Positions 40,240 to 51,748 of a stretch of 64,000 bases of DNA are shown piece by piece. A program made the translations under genes and the position numbers. The notes beneath the pieces are model-generated. The model had not been told where the DNA came from, did not search any database, and saw nothing but the letters and a program-made list of their open reading frames with translations. The stretch spans positions 744,001 through 808,000 of the forward strand of contig NIVC01000031.1 in assembly GCA_002269645.1 (NCBI GenBank). The letters are read 5' to 3'. The stretch is from Macrostomum lignano. Lineage: Eukaryota. The first letter of the stretch is position 1. Each line of letters opens with the position of its first letter.

Positions 40240-41285
40240 TGTTTAGAGTCTGGGGGCGATTTTTAGAGTCTGAGACGATTTTAGAAGTCTGATGGCGATT
40301 TTGAGCGTCTGAGGGTGGTTTTGGGCGTCTGAGGGCGATTTTCAAAGTCTGATGGCGATTTTCAAAGTCTGATGGCGATTTTCAAAGTCTGATGGCGATT
40401 TTGAGCGTCGAGGGCGATTTTCAAAGTTTGAGAGCGATTTTGAGAGTCTGAGGCGATTTTATAAAGTGTGAGAGCGATTTTGAGTATCTGAGAACGATTT
40501 TAAGAGTCTGAGGCGATTTTCAAAGTCTGAGGGCGATTTTGAGAGTCTGATGCGATTTTGAGTCTGAGGCGATTTTGAGATTCTGAGACTATTTTAAAAG
40601 TCTGATGGCGATTTTGAGCGTCTGAGGGTGGTTTTGGGCGTCTGAGGGCGATTTTCAAAGTCTGATGGCGATTTTGAGCGTCTGAGGGTGGTTTTGGGCG
40701 TCTGAGGGCGATTTTCAAAGTCTGATGGCGATTTTGAGCGTCTGAGGCGATTTTATAAAGTGTGAGAGCGATTTTGAGAGTCTGAGGCGATTTTATAAAG
40801 TTTGAGAGCGATTTTGAGAGTCTGAGGCGATTTTATAAAGTTTGAGAGCGATTTTGAGCATCTGAGAATGATTTTAAGAGTCTGAGGGAAATTTTGAGAG
40901 TCTGAGGCGATTTTCAAAGTCTGAGGGCGATTTTGAGAGTCTGAGGCGATTTTATAAAGTGTGAGAGCGATTTTGAGCATCTGAGAACGATTTTAAGAGT
41001 CTGAGGGAAATTTTGAGAGTCTGGGGCGATTTTCAAAGTCTGAGGGCGATTTTGAGAGTCTGATGCGATTTTGAGTCTGAGGCGATTTTGAGCGTCTGAG
41101 GCTGTTTTAAAAGTGTGAGAGCGATTTTGAGCATCTGAGAACGATTTTAAGAGTCTGAGGGAAATTTTGAGAGTCTGATGCGATTTTGAGTCTGAGGCGA
41201 TTTTGAGCGTCTGAGGCTGTTTTGAAAGTGTGACGTGTGAGAGTGATTTTGAGCATCTGAGAACGATTTTGAGTCTAAGGGCGAA
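40240..41285. repeat. ~20-bp degenerate minisatellite, reverse complement of the TSR1 intron-3 family
   Basis: Unit close to GAGTCTGAGGGCGATTTTGA. Confidence 0.9.
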
Positions 41286-41802
41286 TTAAAGAGTTTTAGG
41301 GGGAAGAATTGATCAATTTTTTGTGAAGGAAAAACAGCAAAGGCAACGTTTAAATCACGCAAGCAAACTAACCACACGCATCCCTCTCCACCATTGTGCA
41401 ATATTTCTTCAACGATTTCTTATTTTGTGCTCAGCGTTTACTCTTCGAAAAATATCCACAGTTTAAAATTTCCGTATTACAAACAATTTCTCGTGCTACT
41501 GCTGTTTATGTCTTTTTTTCTCGGCAATATATAATTTGTTTGCTGCCAAAATATTATTAGCATGAATATGTTGTTGTGTTTATGTGGCTTTTTTGTTTAA
41601 TGAGCATGGCTTGTATTTGAAAATTTATATCAACATTTAGTACCGCTTGTCATTCTTTATTAATGATTCCTTTTCTTTAAATAATTATTCAAAAACTACG
41701 TGTCATTCAGGCTTTAACGGCGAATGTAAAAGTAGCAGTTCATTAAGGTCACAGGTGCTCGGTGCGTCTGCCTTTCATAAAGACACAGGTGCAGTTCATT
41801 AA

Positions 41803-43013
41803 CAGTAGAAAGACCACGCTATTTTTCCCCGTGGGGAAAGACCACGGGACCCATTTCACGATAGCTCGCAAACCGAATTACCGATTTTCGTAAAAGTCCA
41901 CCAAATGGATCAAACTTTTCCGCCCTTTCCGACGAAGTAACTTTCAAAGTCATCCGACATCAGGGTCCCCTTCATCACCGTCTGGAGCATCGGCGGCGAC
42001 CGTCGGGACCTTCAACAAAAGCACCCGATCGGCATCTCAGAGACGGCTACGTTCCCAAAACTGAAATGGAAGAATCTTCTGCATGCAGCATTCAGTCAGT
42101 AGACATAATCGGTGAATGAAATGGACGATGGCGACTCTCTAGGCTGACCTGTAGACATACAGGCGAACTTCGGGACCTTTAACGGAGTGCCACCACGCGG
42201 CCCTGACGAGCTGGCACCCTCAACATCGTGATTTTTCTATTAAGGCACCAAACCAGGCCTGTCTGCATATTATGCAATGCTTTTGCACTTTAAATTGGAG
42301 GGTTACAGGTTTAATTTGCGACTGAAAAATATAAAATATTAATTTGTCAAAAATGATTACAGCATGTCAAAAATGATTTTACAGCGCTATTTTTGACATG
42401 CTTTTTTGATTTTTCATTTTGATAGAAAAATCACGATGTTGAGGGTGCCAGCTCATCAGGGCCGCGTGGTGGCACTCCGTTAAAGGTCCCGAAGTTCGCC
42501 TGTATGTCTACAGGTCAGCCTAGAGAGTCGCCATCGTCCATTTCATTCACCGATTGTGTCTACTGACTGAATGCTGCATGCAGAGGATTCTTCCATTTGA
42601 GTTTTGGGAACGCAGCCGTCTCTGAGATGCCGATCTGTTGCTTTTGTTGAAGGTCCCGACGGTCGCCGCTGATGCTACAGACGGTGATGAAGGGGACCCT
42701 GGTGCCTGGGATGTTGAGAGCAAAAGTCCCTGCGACTGATATGCATAGTTTGTTGAGCCGACGTTGTTTCATGATGATTTTAAGCAGAAAAATTTTGCCC
42801 ATGTTGGTGGTTTTTGCCACCAGAAACCCTGAGGAGAATCTTTAAATATCTCAACGATGCCGATTTTTCGTGATTCTCAAAGTTGCTTCATCGAGTAGAG
42901 CGGAAAATTTTAGCCAGTGTTCTGGATTTTCATAACAATTGGCTGAATATTTTTGGAGATCCATCAAAAGAAAAATGTGTGTATTTCAAATACACCCCAT
43001 GGTCTTTCTACTG
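41803..43013. mobile_element. 1.2-kb foldback DNA element with a 14-bp TIR (CAGTAGAAAGACCA) and 280-bp inner inverted arms
   Basis: TIR at 41803-41816 and 43000-43013; diverged subterminal match 41910-41950/42865-42910; near-identical arms 41961-42240 and 42422-42701. A CAGT start suggests the Tc1/mariner-pogo class (inference). Confidence 0.75.
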
Positions 43014-43984
43014 TAAAGGTCACAGGAACTATTCGGATAAATAATTTTGCTAATAACTAAGTGCGCCTGGCTGCGGCGCCAAAGATCTGCATGGGCGTGT
43101 GCATTAGATGAAGAATTTTGTAAACTGTAATCCAACTTCTAGCTTGTAATCGAGCGAGTCTTCACTGCCGATGTAGCTTACGATAAAAAAAGCATTCGAT
43201 TCTCATCAAGTGTGCTTGGCTTGTTTTTTTCACCATCATCTCGACTCACTGCTGGCTGCTGGCTTCCTTTGTCAGCGCCTCAAAGACAGTCTTTTTAAAA
43301 AAAACCTTTTAACTCCTTGAGAACTAAACAAACGTGAAAACGGATGCATACGGAGCAGCTCGTTAACTTGAACTTGAATCGTAAGCATTTAACGATGAGA
43401 GAGGGTATTGCTATATTCTACTGCATCTCATGGTATATCTCTCTTTTCAACTCGTTTAACTTTACATGCAGCCTCCATCCTCTTTCTAACGGCTGGTTCC
43501 TATTCTTTTTGACCTCATCATTAGCATGGCAGTATCCACCGTTTCCGCTGGCGGCCCCATCGATCAAAGCCCCCTGTTAGTCGCCCGCCACTATAATGAG
43601 AGGTCAGGTCGGGTGTCGGGATTCTCGTTATAGCATGTTATACCAAACTTTTTTTCCCGAAAAGCTTTTTCAAAAGCTCACTCCAAAGGCATCATGACCC
43701 ATGATAGGCAATTGTCATTTTTCTAATACTTCGCAAACTCTATAAATACAGGTATAGACTTGATTAACAGAATTTTCGACATGGCTAGGATTTAACGTGA
43801 AGAGAAAATGCTGGGAATTCGCGAGCTAGCAGTTCTTCTTCTTCTTCTTCTCGGCTGTTACTCAGGAATGGGGAACGGTGAGTTCTATCTGTTTGTGTAA
43901 TCAATACGCTAGTATGAGTTTGATAAAGCAGTGTTCGATTAACTCCGGCCCGTAGAGCCTCTCTATCCGGACCTCGGGTCCTTT

Positions 43985-44090
43985 AAAGCTTCACAATAGC
44001 AATCTGGCCTGCTCAAGGTTTGTGTCTCTTCTCTTTTCTCTCTCCTTTCATCTGGCCAATAAGGTAAAAAAACTTTTCCAACTTCTGCTA
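43985..44090. mobile_element. Short copy of the hAT-like MITE family
   Basis: AATAGCAATCTGGCCTGCTCAAGGTTTG..TCTGGCC..AGGTAAAAAAC matches 56890-57160. Confidence 0.45.
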
Positions 44091-44410
44091 CAGGTGTAGT
44101 ATGATCTATAGTTTGTTAAATATATATTTGTGTATTTCAAACATCAAAATTATCACGAGATTAAAAACTAAAAACTACCAACAGAAAAAGAAATATGCTT
44201 TAATTCAAGGTTTTAAAGGTTCAGTATCGTCGAAAAATTAGTTTTACATGCTGTAATTATTGTATATGCGCTGGTTTCAGTAATAGTATAGAATAGTTAT
44301 TATATCCAATCTGGAATTAGAAAATATAGTAGAAAAAAGATTAACTTTATTTTCGGTGCATACGAGACGTAATTTATAAACTGTTACACACAGAGTACAC
44401 TGGTTGTTAG

Positions 44411-45543
44411 TTAAGCCAACTGGATCATCATTCGAATGCTCTTCAGCGCGGTTTTTATGGGTGCGGTGCCCAGCCAATGCATGGCTGAGCTGTGAATCAC
44501 AGCAGAGTTGTGATAGACCCCGTTCGGATTGGAATAGCCGCAGTTCTTGAACCACCAGCCCGCGTTTCCGCGGCCATTGGAACAAGTACCAGAGCCCCCA
44601 TCGTTGTCACGGTCCATGGTGGAGAACTTCATTCCATCCAGATTTTTAAGCGGGTTTTCGGTCGTGTTGGACCTGTCGCTCAAAAACGAAGTGTAGCTCA
44701 TTTTGTAGTTTGTGCTGGCATCGGCCACAGAGAAGCCAGAGTGCTCGCTGACGTAGAGCTCATCCGACCAGGTGACAGCCTCGACTCGTAGAAGCTTTGG
44801 TGAGCTACCAGTCAGCTCGTGGATTTTGCGAAGACCTAAAATTACAGTTGCTTTTGGTACTGTACAATTCTTGCACTTAATTATTGAATTAAAACAATTA
44901 ACTTTGCTCACCGATCCAGAAGTCTGTCTCATCTCCAAATCCGTCCTCATACTGAGTCCATCCCCTGGCAAAGCTGAGATCGCCCTTCGACCTGTGCTGG
45001 ATTACTTGGAATTTCTTGCCGTTAATCTCCACTAGAGTTTCTATAAAAGAAACGCGAAATTCGATGTTCAAGCTAACAGTTTAACAAACTACAAGCTACA
45101 GTTTATCCTTACAGATTTGTTACAATGACATTTAATTTCCCCACAACTCACTATCGCTATCGATGCTCTTTCGATAAACCAAGCCGCTAGGAGCGACGGA
45201 TGCGAAGTCGGCATTCTGCGCCTCTGTGAGCAGGCAGACCTTACTCTCAGGGACAAAGGCGAAGGCGGAGCAGAATTTCATATGCGGGGGTTCGCATTTC
45301 AGCGCGCAGTCGGCAACGCTTCGACCAGGCTCTGACGTCATCGGAGCAGCTGTGGTTGGCGAGACCTCGGCAGAAGAAAGCACTGAAATAATAACAACAA
45401 ATTATCTTCCAATTTTTCACTCGTCAAGTAGGCTTTCAGCAAGCAAATTTTACAATGGACCTACCCGACTGTGAGCTGGCGGCAGTCAGAATCGGAGACA
45501 CGCAGTTCAAGAGAACTGCAGCAGCAATAAGAAAAGCAGACAT
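44411..45543 (-). CDS. Secreted PAN/apple + fibrinogen C-terminal (FReD) protein, ~287 aa, 4 exons
   Basis: Exons 45543-45465 (signal peptide MSAFLIAAAVLLNCVSPILTA), 45382-45152 (PAN: DCALKC..CSAFAF..VCLL), 45040-44912 and 44835-44411 (FReD: VIQHRSKGDLSFARGWTQYEDGFG..FWIGL, KFSTMDRDND, GWWFKNCGYSNPNG). All introns phase 1. Confidence 0.92.
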
Positions 45544-46164
45544 GTTGCAGAAGAAAGCTACCAAAAGCACAAGCGAAGCCTTGCTCTTTTTGGGGCTGGC
45601 TTAAGTTGGCATTCTTATTTACAGCTAGAAAGCCTACTATACAGCAGCGCCAATTAGCTGAAAACCGCATGCTGCTTGAGTTGAGGCGTTGCTAAGCAAG
45701 GATTCCAAAAAACATCCAATATCAGTATCACCCTCCCTCGGCCCGGCTTCCCTTTTGTCCATGACGCTCGCTCAGCACTAACTATAGTGTGGCTTCCATT
45801 TTAAGACTGAGTCGAAATTTGCTTTGCAGATTCCGTGAGTAAATGCCAATTAAGCAAACTGGTAAATATGCCTTCACTGCTTAAGAACATGTCGTTAAGC
45901 GTCTTTGTAGGCTTCACCAAGTCATCCTCATCAGCTAACTATAGGTTGGCTACCCCATTCAAATACTGAAACTTGCCTAGGAGATTCCGGGAATAGCTGC
46001 ATCTAGGTCTGCATTGATGCCAATTAAGGAAACTACCAGCAAAGAATGCAGACTAGTTGAGACCTAGCTATAAAGCCCAAAAAGTTAAAACGCACAAAAA
46101 GCTCAACTGCTGTGCTTAGACAAATTCGGTTGAGAACACACGCCCTTCTCTGCTTCTGTTATCC

Positions 46165-46550
46165 ATGCCTGTCCTAGTTGAGGCCCCTGTCTCCTGGTGG
46201 AAAACCCTGTCTCTTGGTGAGCGCCCCTATCTCCAGGTGGAAAACCCTGTCTCTTGGTGGGTGCCCCTGTCTCTTGGTGGGTGGCCCCTGTCTCTTGGTG
46301 GGTGGCCCCTGTCTCTTTGGTGGGTGCCTCTGTCTCTTGGTGGGTGCCCCTGTCTCTTGGTGAGTGGCCCCTGTCTCTTGGTGGGTGCCCCTGTCTCTTG
46401 GTGGCTGCCCCTGTCTCTTGGTGAGTGGCCCCTGTCTCTTGGTGAGTGGCCCCTGTCTCTTGGTGAGTGGCCCCTGTCTCTTGGTGGGCGCCCCTGTCTC
46501 TTGGTGGGCGCCCCTGTCTCTTGGTGGGTGGCCCTGTCTCCTGGTGGATG
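46165..46550. repeat. 21-bp minisatellite
   Basis: Unit CCCCTGTCTCTTGGTGGGTGG. Confidence 0.92.
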
Positions 46551-46645
46551 CACCTGAAAAAATGAATGTCTTACATACTTGCGCAAGCAGACTTATCTAC
46601 TTACATGTAAAGCTGCATTGCTTGAATTCTTCACCAATGTTTCAG

Positions 46646-49285
46646 CTAAACGTACTCGCAATTGCCTAAAGTACGAGCTAAACACCGGGGCCATCAACAT
46701 CAGCGCTTCAACCAGCACTGAAATAGTCAACATCACCGACGTGACAAATGTGCCGAACTGTCTGATGCTATGCCGCTTGCGCAGCTGCGTTCTAGCCGTT
46801 GTCATGGAGACGATCCGAGTCTGTCAGCTCCTAATGCTAAAAGACGCCTCTCGAACCCTTGGACCACCCGGAAGTCACGTGCGTAGGGTTCTTGGCTCCG
46901 AGGATGGCGCAAAAGTGTGGACTGTGGAAGGATTCGATGAACTTCTCGCTGCGCGGAAATTCCGCCTTTCGCCGCTTGTTTTTTCCAGTGAGCAACATTC
47001 GTTCTTGTCAGGGGAAAATTACGAGCTACGTAGACCGTTATTTTGCTTTGTCTTTTCAGCCTTAAAATGTACGAGTACGCTGAAATAAAGTATTGATACG
47101 TACGACATTACGGTTTTAGGTGTGCATGAATTCAATTAGACCAATGGAGGTCATATTGGATCTTAGAATCACACTTCCTTCTACCAGAGACATACAATTT
47201 TTCTGTTGGGGCGCAAGTTAAATTAAAGTGGGCTAGCCGGCACCAGAGTCTTCAGCACCAGGGGCTTTAGCATCAGGATCTTAGCACCAGGGGCTTTAGC
47301 ATCAGGGGCTTTAGCATCAGGATCTTAGCACCAGGGGCTTTAGCACCAGGGGCTTTAGCATCAGGATCTTAGCACCAGGGGCTTTAGCACCAGGGGCTTT
47401 AGCATCAGGATCTTAGCACCAGAGTCTTCAGCACCAGGGGCTTTAGCACCAGAGTCTTCAGCATCAGGGTCTTTAGCATCAGGATCTTAGCACCAGAGGC
47501 TTTAGCACCAGGGGCTTTAGCACCAGGGGCTTTAGCACCAGAGTCTTCAGCATCAGGGTCTTTAGCATCAGGATCTTAGCACCAGAGGCTTTAGCACCAG
47601 GGGCTTTAGCACCAGGGGCTTTAGCACCAGAGTCTTCAGCATCAGGGTCTTTAGCATCAGGATCTTAGCACCAGAGGCTTTAGCACCAGGGGCTTTAGCA
47701 CCAGGGGCTTTAGCACCAGGGGCTTTAGCACCAGGGGCTTTAGCACCAGGGGCTTTAGCACCAGGATCTTAGCACCAGAGTCTTCAGCACCAGGGGCTTT
47801 AGCACCAGAGTCTTCAGCATCAGGGTCTTTAGCATCAGGATCTTAGCACCAGAGGCTTTAGCACCAGGGGCTTTAGCACCAGGGGCTTTAGCACCAGGGG
47901 CTTTAGCACCAGGGGCTTTAGCACCAGGGGCTTTAGCACCAGGATCTTAGCACCAGAGTCTTCAGCACCAGGGGCTTTAGCATCAGGGGCTTTAGCATCA
48001 GGGGCTTTAGCATCAGGATCTTAGCACCAGGGGCTTTAGCATCAGGATCTTAGCACCAGGGGCTTTAGCATCAGGGGCTTTAGCATCAGGATCTTAGCAC
48101 CAGGGGCTTTAGCACCAGGGGCTTTAGCATCAGGATCTTAGCACCAGGGGCTTTAGCACCAGGGGCTTTAGCATCAGGATCTTAGCACCAGGGGCTTTAG
48201 CATCAGGATCTTAGCACCAGGGGCTTTAGCACCAGGGGCTTTAGCACCAGGGGCATCAGGATTAACATCATGATTTAAATTCTACTTTCAGACAGCAGCT
48301 CAGGCCGTTACGGCTCTATCCAGGATGCTGTGATCAACGTGACCGGCTGCTACCGTATCGAGGTGGTCGGAGCTAATGGTGGGAACAACTCGAATGTTGA
48401 CTCTTCAGGTGGCTCCGGAGCTGCGATCTTGGGAAATTTCAACCTAACGGCCGGAAATCTGCTGAAAATTGTTGTCGGACAAGCCGGGGGAGCCGCGATG
48501 TTGTTTTCTTGCGGCGGCGGCGGCGGCGGTGGCAGCTTTGTGTACACGGCAAACGGCAGCTCCCTGCTGATTGCGGCTGGCGGCGGAGGCGGTGCAACAG
48601 GCTTTACACCAGGTGAAAGGAAACTCATAATTCTCAATACCGAAAACACGCAGTGCTTGGCCTTCAAACAATATCCATAGAGTTTACCCGCATTATCTTT
48701 TGCTATCGTTAGTAACGAGTTTGCAAGATTTTATTACGTCTTTAACTCACTTCACTTCAAGGTTGCAACGGAGAGACAAAATCGAATGGAAGCGATGGAA
48801 AAGAGCTTAACGGCAAAAATGCCACGGGATTCGGGGGTGTCAACGGTCAGCCTGGCTGGAATAATCCCAACGTCACGCCTGGCCTCAGCAACCACGGCGG
48901 CTGCGGCGCCGGCTGGCTCGGCCGGCCAGTCAACCCGAGGCGAGGCTCCAGCGACGGCGAGCGAGGCGGCGGTCTGGCTGAAAGCTGGGTCGGTGGCGTT
49001 GCCGGAGATGGAAGCTATGATTGCGGAGACGGAGGCTTCGGAGGCGGCGGCGGATCGGGCACAAATGATAAAGGTAGTGACTCAGTGCGATTCGGAGCTG
49101 CCGGTGGCGGCGGTGGTTTCAGCGGCGGCGGTGCGTCCTTAAACGGCGATAACGGCGGAGGCGGCGGCGGCGGCGGCTCATTCTGCGGCGGCAGCGGCTG
49201 CGCCGGCATCGCTGGCGGTAACACGGCCGAACAGGGACGAGGGACACTGCAGCTGTTGGTACCGGTTGCTGACAGCTGCGATTAA
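46646..49285 (+). CDS. PAN + ALK/LTK-type glycine-rich domain protein, paralog 1 (first/signal exon not resolved)
   Basis: Exons 46646-46987, 48292-48612, 48762-49285, all phase 1, open frame. GRD motifs [72 protein letters not shown]. Ends VADSCD* with no TM or kinase. Confidence 0.85.
47240..48258. repeat. 14-15-bp variant-unit minisatellite filling an intron of GRD paralog 1
   Basis: Units GGGGCTTTAGCACCA, GGATCTTAGCACCA and GAGTCTTCAGCACCA interleaved. Confidence 0.93.
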
Positions 49286-51748
49286 GACGAATTGTGATCG
49301 GCGGCACAATGAAAATTCTTAAACAACTGATTTAAAATTAAAACTTTACCTAAAAACTAAGAAATTTAACTTTGAATTATACTCAGTAGTATCAGCAATT
49401 AAGCATTCAAATTAGTTATTGGAGTCACCACACTAAACTAATTCTTTCGATTACATGTGTTTTCATAGGATCGGGAGGAATGCCAAAATGCAGACGTCTA
49501 TAAGGCACAATGGAATTACGAGACTTAATATATAATAGTCGACTCATGTTTTTTTGGCATGTAGATAAAGAATTATAGCTACAATCGGTGTCTTAAACAA
49601 GCTCATAAACACACTTATAAACTCACTCATAAACGCCACTCATAAACTCACTTGTAAACACACTGATAAACCAACTTGAAACTCCCAACCAACCAGACAT
49701 GTTGAGCAAATTGTTGTTGCTTAAGTTGCATATAGAAGCTGCGCAAATACATGCTTATCTTGTCTGTTTGTCAATGGGGTAGCTAACATGAACACAAGCA
49801 AGGATGAAACCAGCTATCTACAAGCATCATCGTTCCTTTTCGTCCTCTCAGAAACATTGTCATAGCACAGTTCTTCATCGTCGAATATGATATGGAGCAT
49901 CTTTCCTATCAGTCTTTTTAGTCTTATTAAAAGAAAGTAGCTTTTGCCTCAATTTCTTATCAGTGCTATCACCAGGTACTCAACTGCGTATTTTGTCCTT
50001 GTCTTTTCCTTAGCTCAGTTTCGTGTCAGAGGATTTGCCTGCTGCTGATGGCTACTGAGTGAGGTTTAGGTGCATGGTTTTTCACCTTTTGATGATTGTA
50101 GAGACCTCAGCTCAGCTTTTTGGGCCATCTACTTGTCATTTTATCTGAATATATCGATTAGACAGACAGACAAAAGACCGAACAATTGTAACAAAATTTT
50201 TAACCTGAACTCATCAGTCACAGGGAGAGTTTAAACTTGACTTATTGACAATAAAAAAGTTTTTAGTCACACCAAAATGTTATTGTGGTTTGGGTTCATC
50301 ATTACACGTTTAAAAAATACTTTTCTGACACACCCTGAACCCATCAAGCGCGAGGTCGTTAGTTACGAGAATTCGCAAGCCATCCAGTCAAATGAAAGTT
50401 GAAAGCTTTATTGCACGATCGTAGTTCGGTGCTCGTGCATATAAGGTGAAGAACCTGTCTCTCAAATTTGGGCCAAACCAACCTGGACCTTTTAGCACTA
50501 CTGAGCTCCATTAATTGGTCCCATGGCGCATTCACGAGATGACGTCTCTTACTATGACGCTCCCAAGAGACGCACTTCCAAAACTCACTACAGATATGGT
50601 TCGATGTTTAACAAATGAAATAATTAGCGATAGAAAAATTAAACTATCTAAAGATTTCACTGCTAACTATATAATTCACAGGACACGATTAGCGAGTGCA
50701 GAGGCTAGTCCTTCAACTTCACATGCCAAACTGCATACCGCAGCTTCATTACGCCAGTGGTGTCCGCAAATGGGTCAACAATTTGGGGGCCGCCCCCTTT
50801 AATCGACACCACAAAAATTACCCTCGATCTCTAGACTAAATGAAAGAGGTATAACCATGAAGTTCCATGAATAGTATAAGGAGTCCAACTTTCAGCTGGC
50901 ATTCACCGGTCCACGCCCACCAAGACACAGCTAAGTTTTACCACATGGTTAGTGCAGAATGGAACCCGCGGTTACTTTGGCGTAAAAATCAGACATTCCA
51001 TACTGCTCAACTGCATCTAACTGCGCTCATTGAGGAGTGAAAATCAATTCAAAATTTACTGCTAATAGTAATATAAATTAAATTTTGCAAATACTTTTAT
51101 AGCTCTTATAGCTCTAACACCTTGTCAGCTGCATTCCTTCTGTGCTTTTAGACTGCCAGAAGCAGCAAAACAAAGTACATTCACGTGTAGAATAGCTACC
51201 AAGGACTACTTACATATGTAAGTATATATGTTACTTTAGTCGTCCTTGGTAGCTACTTTATGTTACCTAAAAGCTTACACAGGCTTATGCATGTAGTGGG
51301 AAAAACCTAAGCTACAATTGGCAAAAGAATCTCGTGCCGACTATACTCCTTTGAATTGAGGAAAACGCAAAGTTGTCTTTAAGCAACCTGCTCAAAAAAA
51401 CATAGGCTTTATAAAGCTGCATCCCGCAACACAAGCGCGCTTGTTGCTTCTTTAGCCATGCTTCACAATGGGATAGAATTTGATCGTTCTAAAGCGCTGT
51501 GTTCTAGCAAATTATTCATGCTTTTAAGTTGACTGTATGCCAGCTTTAGGCCCATGCAGCCAATGAGAATTAACAAATTCCTTCCCTCTGTCTTTCCATA
51601 AAACAGTAGACAAACTCAATGATTTTTTCTGCAAAAAAACCATGGTAGAAAAACAGGCACGCATCCCATGACATTTAGAATCTGTAAATCTTAAGTTGAT
51701 TTTTTTCTACTACAAAACTAATTACGCTCGTAATAAGGCTAACAAGCC

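Noticed and set aside
46100-46200. LLLLSMPVLVEA as the signal exon of GRD paralog 1
   Set aside because: No in-frame upstream ATG (stop at ~46117) and it merges into the 21-bp array; the first exon remains unresolved.
50515-50802. 95-aa ORF between the GRD paralogs
   Set aside because: No recognisable motif, splice context or credible start; possibly a TE relic.
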